64,000 nt of DNA from Myxococcota bacterium (lineage in GTDB: Bacteria; Myxococcota_A; UBA9160; UBA4427), in contig OZ252299.1 in assembly GCA_965250285.1 (NCBI GenBank), positions 4,896,001 to 4,960,000 of the forward strand. The letters are read 5' to 3'. Positions 28,546 through 37,119 of this stretch are shown piece after piece. A program made the position numbers and the translations under genes. The notes beneath the pieces are model-generated. The model was not told the DNA's origin, made no database searches, and worked only from the letters and a program-made list of their open reading frames with translations. Numbering within the stretch: the first letter of the stretch is position 1; every line of letters begins with the position of its first letter.

Positions 28546-29169
28546 ATGTCCGAGCCGCTTCAGCCCCAGCACGCCGGTGACCCGCGCCGCCATCCGTTCC
28601 ACCTGCGCTATCGGCAGAGTGCGCGCTTTGCGCGCGACGTCGAGGCCGCGGTCGAGATCGAGGCGTCTCGCGACGTGGTGTGGGAGGCGCTCGTCGACTT
28701 CGACGCGTACCCCGAGTGGAACCCGTTCACGCGCCGCGTCTCGACCGAGCTCGTCGTCGGGGGGCCGGTCGTCCTGGGCGTCGACATGCCCGGCCGCTCG
28801 TACAGCGAGCGCACCGAGTGGGTGAACCTCGTCGAGCCCGGCCGCACCATCTGCTGGGGTATGCACATGGGGCACCCGGCGCTCCTCACCGCGAACCGCT
28901 GGCAGGAGCTGCACGATCTCGGCGGCGGGCGCACGCGCTACTACACCGTCGATCGATTCAGCGGCTGGCTCGTCCCCCTCGTGATGACGCTCTACGGCGA
29001 GCCGACGCGGCTCGGGTTCGAGTCGGTGGCGCACGGGCTCAAAGAGTGGGTCGAGCGCGGTCGTGGCGCGGTCGACGCGAACGCCGCCACAGGCGGCGAA
29101 GCAGAGTCGGCGCAGACCCCCGAGCGTGCACCGCTCGCCGACGAAGTCGAAGAAGGAGCCCCCGCATGA
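28546..29169 (+). CDS. SRPBCC/START-like domain protein
   Basis: VEIEASRDVVWEALVDFDAYPEWNPF...LKEWVE. Confidence 0.85.
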   Translation: MSEPLQPQHAGDPRRHPFHLRYRQSARFARDVEAAVEIEASRDVVWEALVDFDAYPEWNPFTRRVSTELVVGGPVVLGVDMPGRSYSERTEWVNLVEPGRTICWGMHMGHPALLTANRWQELHDLGGGRTRYYTVDRFSGWLVPLVMTLYGEPTRLGFESVAHGLKEWVERGRGAVDANAATGGEAESAQTPERAPLADEVEEGAPA

Positions 29170-30434
29170 TCGAGACGGTGAACGACTTCGTTCGCCCGCC
29201 GGCGCCCTGGCCGATTCGCGCGTTCAATGCGCTCGGCCCCACGCTCGCCCGCGTGGGTGCGCTGCCGACCTTCGACGTCGACGCCCTGATGGCGACCGCG
29301 CGCAAGAAGTCGGGTCTCGACGACTTCGGCGACGAGTGGTTTCGCGAACCGCTCGGCAAGCTGATCTGGTCGCTCGAAGAAGAGGCGCAGCTCTCGGCGC
29401 TCGGTCGAACCATCATGCACACTCAGCTCGTGGGCGCACTCGTGACGCGGCTTCGCACCGAGGCGCTCTATGCGGCCCACCCCGAGATCGACGACATCGA
29501 CCTCGGGCGCGTGATCATCATCGCGGGCCTGCAGCGCACGGGTACCACGACCCTCCACCGCCTGCTCTCGGCCGAGCCAAAGATGCGGGCGATGCTCGCA
29601 TGGGAGGCGCTCGGCCCCGCGCCCGGGCCGGGCGAACCGCTGCGTTGGGGCATCGACCCGGGCGAGCCGCCGAAGTCGCGCATTCGGCAGGGCAAGCTCG
29701 CGGAGCGCGGGCTCAAGTTCATCGCCCCGCACTTCTTCGCGATCCATCCGGTCGAGCACGATGCCCCCGAAGAGGACGTGCTGCTGCTCGATGTGTCGTT
29801 CATGAGCCAGTCGCCCGAAGCGACCCTGCACGTGCCGACGTATGCCGCGTGGCTCGAGGGCCAGGACAACATGCCGGCCTATGCGTATCTGCGCAAGCTG
29901 ATGAAGCTGCTCAGCTGGCAGAGTCCGGGGGAACACTGGGTGCTGAAATCGCCGCATCACATGGAGTACATCGACACGGCGCTCGAGGTGTTTCCCGAGG
30001 CGACGATCGTGCAGACCCACCGCGATCCGCGCAAGACGATGGCCTCGTTCGCGAGCATGGTGGCGCACGGTCGTTCGGTGTTCAGCGACGTCGTGTCGGT
30101 CAAGGGCGTGAGCGAGCACTGGACCCGCAAGGTGAAGCGCCTGATGAGACTCTCGATGGAGGTGCGCGATCGCCTCGGTCCCGATCGCTTCATCGACGTG
30201 AGCTACTACGACCTGCTCGAGGACGCGCCGCGTGAGGTCGAGCGCGTCTATGCGAAGGCAGGCATCCCCTTCGACGACATCTCGCGCGCGTCGGTCACCG
30301 CCACGAAGAAGAAGAACGTGCAGCATCGCTATGGCCGCCACCGCTACGGCCTCGGCGATTTCGGGCTCTCTCCCGAGCAGATCGAGCACGAGTTCGGCTT
30401 CTACCGCGAGCGCTACGACATCCCGTTCGAGTGA
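29166..30434 (+). CDS. sulfotransferase family protein
   Basis: PAPS-binding GLQRTGTT, WVLKSPHH, THRDP...S; ATGA overlap with the upstream gene. Confidence 0.88.
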   Translation: MIETVNDFVRPPAPWPIRAFNALGPTLARVGALPTFDVDALMATARKKSGLDDFGDEWFREPLGKLIWSLEEEAQLSALGRTIMHTQLVGALVTRLRTEALYAAHPEIDDIDLGRVIIIAGLQRTGTTTLHRLLSAEPKMRAMLAWEALGPAPGPGEPLRWGIDPGEPPKSRIRQGKLAERGLKFIAPHFFAIHPVEHDAPEEDVLLLDVSFMSQSPEATLHVPTYAAWLEGQDNMPAYAYLRKLMKLLSWQSPGEHWVLKSPHHMEYIDTALEVFPEATIVQTHRDPRKTMASFASMVAHGRSVFSDVVSVKGVSEHWTRKVKRLMRLSMEVRDRLGPDRFIDVSYYDLLEDAPREVERVYAKAGIPFDDISRASVTATKKKNVQHRYGRHRYGLGDFGLSPEQIEHEFGFYRERYDIPFE

Positions 30435-30471
30435 AGATCCAGTCGCCTGCCCGGCGACGAGAGGAGCGACC

Positions 30472-31491
30472 ATGTCCGACCCGAATACGACGGCCAATGC
30501 CGTGGGCCACAAGAACCCGGTCACCGCCATCCTGACGGCCGTGAGCGACATGCTCTCGAACGAGGGCAAGCTGCCGCCGATGCGCGACGACGTGCGACTC
30601 GATGGTGAGGTGGTGTGCGTGACCGGCGCGAACAGCGGGCTCGGCAAGGCGGTGGCGATCGACTGCGCGCGGCGCGGCGCGAAGGTGCTGATGGCGTGCC
30701 GCGGCGGTCATCCCGAAGCAGGTGAAGACGTGCGGCGGGAGAGCGGCAGCGAAGCCGTCGAGATGCTGCGCGTCGATCTCTCCGATCTCGAGAGCGTGCA
30801 CGCGCTGTGCGACGAGATGAAGGCGCGGGGTGAGCGCGTCGATCGCCTGGTGCTCAACGCCGGTCTCATGCCCGCGAGCTCGCGACGCTCGGCCCAGGGC
30901 TTCGAGCTGATGATGTCGGTGCACTTTCTCGCGAACCGGGTGCTCGTCGATCGACTGCTGGCCGATGGCGTGATCGTGCCGAGCAGCGACCCGGCCGAGC
31001 GGCCGCGCATCGTGTTCGTCGCGAGCGAGGCGCACAAGTCGGCCGAGCCCATCGACTTCGATCGGCTCGGTGACTTCGTCGAGTACGGCGTGCGCGATGG
31101 CATGAAGGAGTACGGCCGCACCAAGCTCATGATGGTGACCTACGCACAGGAGCTGTCGCGCCGCCTCAATCGGGGCGGCGAGCTCGAGGTGGCTGTGCAC
31201 TCGCTGTGCCCCGGTCCGGTTGCTTCGAACATCGCCCGGGACGCGCCGGCCTGGCTCAAGCCGATCATCCCGCCGCTGCTGAAGGTGCTCTTCCGTTCGC
31301 CCGAGAAGGCGGCCGAGCCGGTCGTGCTGCTCACCGCCGATCCGGCGTACGGGGATCAGACGGGGGTGTATCTCCACATGATGCGCGTCAAGCCGCCGTC
31401 CGAGCTCGCGAGTGACGAGCAGAGCGGCGCGCGGATCTGGGAGACGAGTGAGAAGCTGCTCGCGCCGCACGCGGGCGCGCCGGCTCGCTGA
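30472..31491 (+). CDS. short-chain dehydrogenase/reductase (retinol dehydrogenase-like)
   Basis: TGANSGLG, LNAG, YGRTK, CPGPVAS. Confidence 0.9.
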   Translation: MSDPNTTANAVGHKNPVTAILTAVSDMLSNEGKLPPMRDDVRLDGEVVCVTGANSGLGKAVAIDCARRGAKVLMACRGGHPEAGEDVRRESGSEAVEMLRVDLSDLESVHALCDEMKARGERVDRLVLNAGLMPASSRRSAQGFELMMSVHFLANRVLVDRLLADGVIVPSSDPAERPRIVFVASEAHKSAEPIDFDRLGDFVEYGVRDGMKEYGRTKLMMVTYAQELSRRLNRGGELEVAVHSLCPGPVASNIARDAPAWLKPIIPPLLKVLFRSPEKAAEPVVLLTADPAYGDQTGVYLHMMRVKPPSELASDEQSGARIWETSEKLLAPHAGAPAR

Positions 31492-31593
31492 GTCGCCGAT
31501 CCAGACGATCGAGGGCGTCTCCCCTCGGCCAGGTCATGGGCCTTTGAGTCGGGTCCGCGTTTCGCCGATGTGTGTCCGCGGAGGCTCACATCG

Positions 31594-32376
31594 ATGCTCG
31601 CGATCGCCGGCTCGCTCTATCTCGTATCGACGTTCTTCTTCGCAGCGCTCGCGCTGGTCGTCGGCATGCGGCTGCTCCTGCTGTGGCGGCGCACGCGCAA
31701 TCTGCCCGAGCTCCTGCTCGGCGCGGGCGTGCAGCTGACCGCGTCGTGGGGCTATGGGGTGATGATCTTCTCGATGATCGCCCGCCAGGCGCTCGAGGCT
31801 CCGGCCCATCCGATCGGCATCGCGGCCACGACGTTCGGATGGGTGGCCCACGATCTCGGTGTGATCTGCATGCTCGCGTTCATCCTCCACGTCTTCCGGC
31901 CCGGCGCCGCCTGGGCGAGAGGCCTCGCCTTGGCGCTCGTCGCGCTGCTGCTCGTGGGCTTCGTCGGCAACTTCGTGAGTGGCGGCATGGCTTCGGGCGT
32001 GCCGAACCGCTGGTATTGGATCGGGTTCTCGGCGATCGGCGTCTACCCGATCTGGATGAGCATCGAGTCGACGCTCTACGGCCGAAAGATGCGGCGCCGT
32101 CTCGAGCTGGGCCTCGCCGACGCGATGGTGGTCGACCGGTTCCGACTCTGGGCCATCGCATCGGCTTGCGCGGCCGGCGCGATCTGGACGGTCAACGTGC
32201 CGAGCTGGCTGGGTGTGCAGGTCGGTAGCGACAGCGCGATCACGTCGGTCGCGATGATCGTGACGGCCTGCTTCGGTATCTCGACCGTCTGTCTCTACTG
32301 GCTGACGTTCTTTCCGCCCGGCTGGTATCGCCAGCGCGTCGAGGGGCGAAGCGCGTCGGCGTCCGGCGCCGCCTGA
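31594..32376 (+). CDS. multi-pass membrane protein, unknown function
   Basis: About seven hydrophobic segments; GGAGG RBS; codon usage like neighbours. Confidence 0.7.
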   Translation: MLAIAGSLYLVSTFFFAALALVVGMRLLLLWRRTRNLPELLLGAGVQLTASWGYGVMIFSMIARQALEAPAHPIGIAATTFGWVAHDLGVICMLAFILHVFRPGAAWARGLALALVALLLVGFVGNFVSGGMASGVPNRWYWIGFSAIGVYPIWMSIESTLYGRKMRRRLELGLADAMVVDRFRLWAIASACAAGAIWTVNVPSWLGVQVGSDSAITSVAMIVTACFGISTVCLYWLTFFPPGWYRQRVEGRSASASGAA

Positions 32377-32562
32377 ACGCCCCCGCCTCGAAGTCGAGCC
32401 GCCCTCGGCGCTCGCTCGCCGGGTCACGCGGCGCCGGCGCCGAGGATTCCTCTCGAATTCATCCACCCCGACTGCGCGCGGCCGCTGGCCGCGGTGCCGA
32501 CCCACGGGCTCGGCCGTATCATCGATGGGTTGCGCCGTGCTGTACGGCCGGGAGACCCAGGC

Positions 32563-33594
32563 ATGAAGACCCGCGTCACCGAGCTCTTCGAGATCGACCA
32601 CCCTGTCCTCTGCCCCGGCATGAGCTGGATCTCGAAGCCCCCGCTCGTGGCCGCCGTGAGTGACGCGGGCGGGCTCGGTCTTCTGGCGACCGGCCCGCTC
32701 AGCCCCGATGAAACACGCGCATCGATCCGTGAGATTCGCGAGCGCACCGATCGGCCCTTCGGTGTCGGTGTCACCCTGATGATGCCCGGCGCGATCGACA
32801 ACGCGAAGATCGCGCTCGAAGAGCGGGTGCCGGTCGTGAACTTTCAGCTCGGCAAGGGCCGGTGGCTGATCGACGGCGTGCATGCGTACGGTGGCAAGGC
32901 GATGCCGACGGTGACGAGCGTGCGTCATGCGCGATCAGCCGCGCGCGCCGGCGCCGACGCCGTGCTGGTGACCGGCCACGAGGCGGCGGCCCACGGCGAG
33001 CGCGTGACGTCGATGGTGCTCGTGCCGGCGGCGGCGAACGCCATCGACATCCCCGTCGTCGCGGCGGGAGGCTTCGCCGATGGGCGCGGTCTCGCCGCCG
33101 CCCTGTCGCTCGGTGCGGGGGCGATCGCGATGGGCACCCGCTTCGCCGCAACACGCGAGAGCGGCCTGCACGACCGAATGAAGGACGTGATCGTCGACAA
33201 GCAGGCCGAAGAGACGATCTACACCGACCGCTTCGACGGCATGTGGGCGCGCATCATGGAGACGCCGCGTTCGCATGAGGTGACCGACAAGCCGATGAGC
33301 TTCGCGAAGACGGCGGTGCATGCGGTGAAGGCCGGGCGCGCGATGGGGATGCCGGTGAAGCCGATCCTCGAGCGCATCGTCAAGGCGCCCGATCAGGTGC
33401 GGCTGCTCTCGCACTTCGGCTCGGCGATGCCCTACGTCGAGGCCGCGACGATCGAAGGCGACGTCGATCGCGGCGTGCAGTTCATCGGCCAGGCCCAGGG
33501 GCTGGTCGGCGACGTGCCAGGCGCGGCCGACATCGTCGAGCGCACGGTGCGTGAGGCAGCCGAGATCCTGGGATCGCTCGCGGCGTCGACCTGA
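32563..33594 (+). CDS. nitronate monooxygenase/FabK family flavin oxidoreductase
   Basis: LVAAVSDAGGLG, GHEAAAHG, PVVAAGGFADGRG, MGTRF. Confidence 0.88.
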   Translation: MKTRVTELFEIDHPVLCPGMSWISKPPLVAAVSDAGGLGLLATGPLSPDETRASIREIRERTDRPFGVGVTLMMPGAIDNAKIALEERVPVVNFQLGKGRWLIDGVHAYGGKAMPTVTSVRHARSAARAGADAVLVTGHEAAAHGERVTSMVLVPAAANAIDIPVVAAGGFADGRGLAAALSLGAGAIAMGTRFAATRESGLHDRMKDVIVDKQAEETIYTDRFDGMWARIMETPRSHEVTDKPMSFAKTAVHAVKAGRAMGMPVKPILERIVKAPDQVRLLSHFGSAMPYVEAATIEGDVDRGVQFIGQAQGLVGDVPGAADIVERTVREAAEILGSLAAST

Positions 33595-33606
33595 CGAGCG
33601 CGGCCG

Positions 33607-34512
33607 TCACGAAGAAGACGATGAGGGGTCGTTCTCGAGGGGGGACTGGCCGCCGCGGAACTTCGGTCGGTCGAGCGGGCGCATCATCGCCTCCTGCACC
33701 GCCGTTGCGGTGAGTCGACCATGCGTGTCGTAGAGCAGCCCACGCGCGACGGCGCGCGCGCCGTGGGCGGCCGGGCTGTCGAGCTCGAAGAGCATCCAGT
33801 CGTCGACCCGGAAGGGCAGGTGGAACCAGATCGAGTGGTCGAGGCTCGCGGTCTGCATGTCCATGGCCGAGACGGGGTGCGGATGCAGCGCCGGCGCGGC
33901 GATGGCGTAGTCGGAGATGTAGGCGAACAGCGCCTGATGCAGAAGCGGGTCGTCGCCGACGTTCGAGCGCATGCGCATCCAGACCCGAGCGTTGGGGGGC
34001 CGCACCTCACGCGAGAACATCGCGAGCCCGCCGACGCCGCGAATCTCGACCGGCAGCTCCCAGTCGAGCTGCTTCATCTGTTCACCGGCCGGCGTCATGA
34101 CGCGCAGCAGGGCCTCTTCGTACGCCTCGCCCTCGGGCTCGCCGACGTCGTCCATCGGAATCTGATGCTCGGGCCCTGGCTCGGGCGCGTGATGCGAGGC
34201 GATCATCTTGAGGATCGGCTCGCCCGCCTGGCTCGCGGTGACGTCGAAGGTGTCGAAGGTGCGTGAGGTGCGGAGCGGGGTGACCGCGTAGCGGATCGGC
34301 TGCGTCGGGTCGCCGCGCTTCAAGAAGTAGGCGTGGAGCGAGTGCGCCGGGTGACCGCGGGAGCAGCGCTGCGCTGCGACGAGCGCTTGGGCGACGACCT
34401 GCCCTCCGAAGAGGTGCAGCCCGCCCATCGACTCGCTTTCGCCTTCGAAGCAGCGATCAGCGGTTTGCTTCAAATCCAGAAGCGCGAGGAGGTTCGAGAC
34501 CGAGTCCTTCAT
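33607..34512 (-). CDS. tesB: acyl-CoA thioesterase II
   Basis: FGGQVVAQAL, HSLHAYFL, YISD, ASLDHSIWFH, AVQE. Confidence 0.88.
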   Translation of the reverse strand: MKDSVSNLLALLDLKQTADRCFEGESESMGGLHLFGGQVVAQALVAAQRCSRGHPAHSLHAYFLKRGDPTQPIRYAVTPLRTSRTFDTFDVTASQAGEPILKMIASHHAPEPGPEHQIPMDDVGEPEGEAYEEALLRVMTPAGEQMKQLDWELPVEIRGVGGLAMFSREVRPPNARVWMRMRSNVGDDPLLHQALFAYISDYAIAAPALHPHPVSAMDMQTASLDHSIWFHLPFRVDDWMLFELDSPAAHGARAVARGLLYDTHGRLTATAVQEAMMRPLDRPKFRGGQSPLENDPSSSSS

Positions 34513-34566
34513 GATCGGCCGATTCTAACCGACTGGCGCTCGAGCGATGGCACCCGGGCGCCCCGG

Positions 34567-35238
34567 TCAGCCGCGCTTCAGCTCGGTCTCGATCGCCGTT
34601 TCGAGCTCGGCCGGTTGAAAACCGAAGGGGCCGGGCGCGCCCTGGTAGGCGATCTGCCCGCCCCGGCCCACGAGGTAGAGCCGGTCGGGCAACGCGCCAT
34701 AGGCCGAGGCGATGCGGTCGTCGACGTCGTCGATCACCACGGGCATCTCGATCTCGAGCCGGATCGCGCAGCTGGCCGCGACGTCGGCGCGCTCGTCATT
34801 CGTGGTCGGGTCGACGACCTCGATGCCCTCGTCCCGGTTCATGTTCACGACCCAGCCGTCTTCGGGGTGGGCCTCGCGGATGTAGACGACACCGAACTCG
34901 ACGCGGTCGCCGAAGCGACGCCACAACTCATGCAAGGCACCCAACTGGACGCGGAAGGGCGGTCAGGTGTACGAGCCGAAGATGAGTGCGACGGGCTTCG
35001 TCGCGGCGAGCGCCGAGAGCTGAAACATGCGCTCTGTTTTCTTTGCCGTACCGCTACTGAAATCGAAGATCGGTAGCTCGAAATCGAATGCCGAATCGCC
35101 GACGGCGAGATCCGCCGCCGACAGATCGGCGTGCTCCTGCATGACGTCGGGCAGACCCTTGGGCGAATCGGCGGGCGTGATGGCCTTCCAGTCGAACCCG
35201 GGCGGCAGCTTCGGAGTGTCTCGCTCGTCATCGGCCAT
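34567..35238 (-). CDS. iodothyronine deiodinase-like thioredoxin-fold selenoprotein (Sec at codon 92, UGA 34965-34963)
   Basis: ORFs 34963-35316 and 34567-34944 are in frame and join as ...PVALIFGSYT-UGA-PPFRVQLGALHEL...VYIREAHPEDGW...YGALPDRLY, the deiodinase active-site motif; GGAGG RBS before ATG 35238. Confidence 0.88.
34937..34952 (-). promoter_or_regulatory. candidate bacterial SECIS hairpin
   Basis: GCGUCC-AGUU-GGGUGC; loop starts after 16 nt following the UGA, with G at loop position 2. Confidence 0.55.
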
Positions 35239-35370
35239 GGTGTCGCCTCCTCGCACATGCCCTTGGTCGGGTGCGCGCATCGTGGAGAGCATGACCGCGC
35301 GACGCCGGGCTGTCACGCCCGACGCGCGTCGAGCCGGCTCGATGCGTGTCTGCGATGCGGCTCGGGCGCT

Positions 35371-35518
35371 TCAGCCCGCGCTTCTTGAGCCTGACTCGTT
35401 CGGGACGCCGCTCAGCCCGCGCTTCTTGAGCCTGACTCGTTCGGGACGCCGCTCAGCCCGCGCTTCTTGAGCCTGACTCGTTCGGGACGCCGCTCAGCCC
35501 GCGCTTCTTGAGCCTGAC
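35371..35518. repeat. 41-bp tandem repeat, 3 identical copies plus a 25-bp partial
   Basis: TCAGCCCGCGCTTCTTGAGCCTGACTCGTTCGGGACGCCGC at 35371, 35412 and 35453, partial at 35494. Confidence 0.95.
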
Positions 35519-35533
35519 CGGTGCGGGGGGCGC

Positions 35534-36100
35534 TCAGCCCGCGCTCGCCTTGAGCTTGACCTTGCCGGCCTCGACCACGACGCGAAAGTTCACCTTCTCG
35601 CAGCCGAGCTTGGCCTTCACGGCCTTCTCCTGCTTCGAGATCACAGCTTCGAGCTTCGCAGGGGTCAGCCCCTTCACGCTCTCACCGCAGGCGAGGCGTG
35701 CGTCGCGGTAGGCCTCGAAGAGGTCGCCGCTGCTCTGGTTCGGGGCGCCGCCCGCTGCGCCGCCCTTCCCTGCGCCACCGACGCCCAGGCCCCGCTCGCG
35801 GTCGTGGAGGTCCGCCTTGAAGACGTGGCGCTTGTACGTGCCCGCGTCGATCTGGCGCAGGATCGTGTCCCACTGTCGCTTGAACGCCTGGAACCGACTG
35901 TTGATCGAGTTGAAGCGGAACCGCTGGGCCGTGTTCTGGATCGGCTGGTTCGTGTACTTCAGGACGGTCTTCTGGATCTCGCCGCGAAGCAGCTGGGGCT
36001 CGCGCGGGCGGGTGCCACTGAAGTACTGCTCGTACTCCAGCTTCGCCTGCTTCACCTTGTTCTCGAGAATCGTGAGCTCTTCTTCGAGCGTTGCCGCCAC
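35534..36100 (-). CDS. MXAN_5187 C-terminal-domain-like protein
   Basis: YEQYFSG..PREP, NTAQRFRF, DLFEAYRDARLACGE, VNFRVVVEAGKVKLKA, recalled as a myxobacterial family. Confidence 0.75.
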   Translation of the reverse strand: MAATLEEELTILENKVKQAKLEYEQYFSGTRPREPQLLRGEIQKTVLKYTNQPIQNTAQRFRFNSINSRFQAFKRQWDTILRQIDAGTYKRHVFKADLHDRERGLGVGGAGKGGAAGGAPNQSSGDLFEAYRDARLACGESVKGLTPAKLEAVISKQEKAVKAKLGCEKVNFRVVVEAGKVKLKASAG

Positions 36101-36415
36101 GGCACACCTCCGCAGAGGTCGCTTCGGCCTGGAGCCCCTGCGGCTTGAGGACCCCGATCACCCCCGCTGGGGCGGCGCTGCGGGCCCGCGACTCGCATGA
36201 TGACGCGGTCTCCCGATTCTCGCGTCATGCGGTCGCGTCATCTTGGTGGGATCGAGGCGAGCAAGTGCCTCTCCGCGTTCATTCATCAATAAAATCGGAT
36301 GTTTATGGGTGGCATCGAGCGTCCGATCTGGGCCTGACGCAGGCTCTGACGCAAGGGATGACGCGCGCGCATCCCAACCGATGACGCGTGCGTCAGGGCG
36401 TCGGGCCGGACTGCG

Positions 36416-37111
36416 TCAAGGCCGCGTCAACACTGCATCGACATGGTCGAGATCAATCGATGACGCGCTTGGCTGTTCGTCTGGAGCGAGCGGCGGGATC
36501 TCACCGATCAGCCGGGCCCCGAGCTGGCGCCGCAGGTCGCCGAGGTTGGCGGTGTCGGCGTTGCTCAGCGGGCCATCGCTGTGCGAGACCACGACGCCGA
36601 CGCACTCGAGACCGCGGCGGTCCAGCTCGGCCAGGGTGAGCAGCGTGTGATTGATCGTGCCCAGCGACGCCCGCGCGACGACGAGCACCGGCAGGCCCAG
36701 ATCGAGGGCGAGGTCGGCCATGTCGGCCTCGTCGGTGACGGGGACCAGCAGGCCCCCCGCGCCCTCGACGACGACACATTCGTGGCGCGCCTCTAGCTCG
36801 GCGAAGGCGCTGCGAATCGGCTCGAGTGCGACGCTCCGTCCCTCGGCGGCGGCGGCGACGTTGGGCGCAGCCGGCATCGCGAATTGGAAGGGGCAGACGA
36901 GATCGAGCGGGTCGGTCTCGCCGGCCGCCGTTCGCAGCGCCTGGGCATCGAGCGGGCCGGCCGACTCGACCCCTGTCTCGGCCGGCTTCATGGCACCCAC
37001 ATCGACCCCGCGAGCCCGCAGGCCCCGCACGACCGTCGTGCTGACGACCGTCTTGCCGACGCCCGTATCGGTGCCGGTCACGAAGAGGCTGCGACGAGCG
37101 GGGGGCGCCAT
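36416..37111 (-). CDS. bioD: dethiobiotin synthase
   Basis: VTGTDTGVGKT, KPAETG, VEGAGGLLVP, LGTINHTLLT. Confidence 0.95.
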   Translation of the reverse strand: MAPPARRSLFVTGTDTGVGKTVVSTTVVRGLRARGVDVGAMKPAETGVESAGPLDAQALRTAAGETDPLDLVCPFQFAMPAAPNVAAAAEGRSVALEPIRSAFAELEARHECVVVEGAGGLLVPVTDEADMADLALDLGLPVLVVARASLGTINHTLLTLAELDRRGLECVGVVVSHSDGPLSNADTANLGDLRRQLGARLIGEIPPLAPDEQPSASSIDLDHVDAVLTRP

Positions 37112-37119
37112 CGTGCGGC

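Noticed and set aside
34567..35316. Pseudogene or two separate small genes
   Set aside because: The single TGA falls exactly at the catalytic Sec/Cys position with the frame preserved.
35371..35518. CRISPR array
   Set aside because: Units are fully identical with no unique spacers, derive from the adjacent gene end, and no cas genes are present.
36255..36270. sigma54 promoter (minus-strand GGCAC...GC) within the TGACGC cluster
   Set aside because: GG-to-GC spacing is 9 nt, not the required 10.
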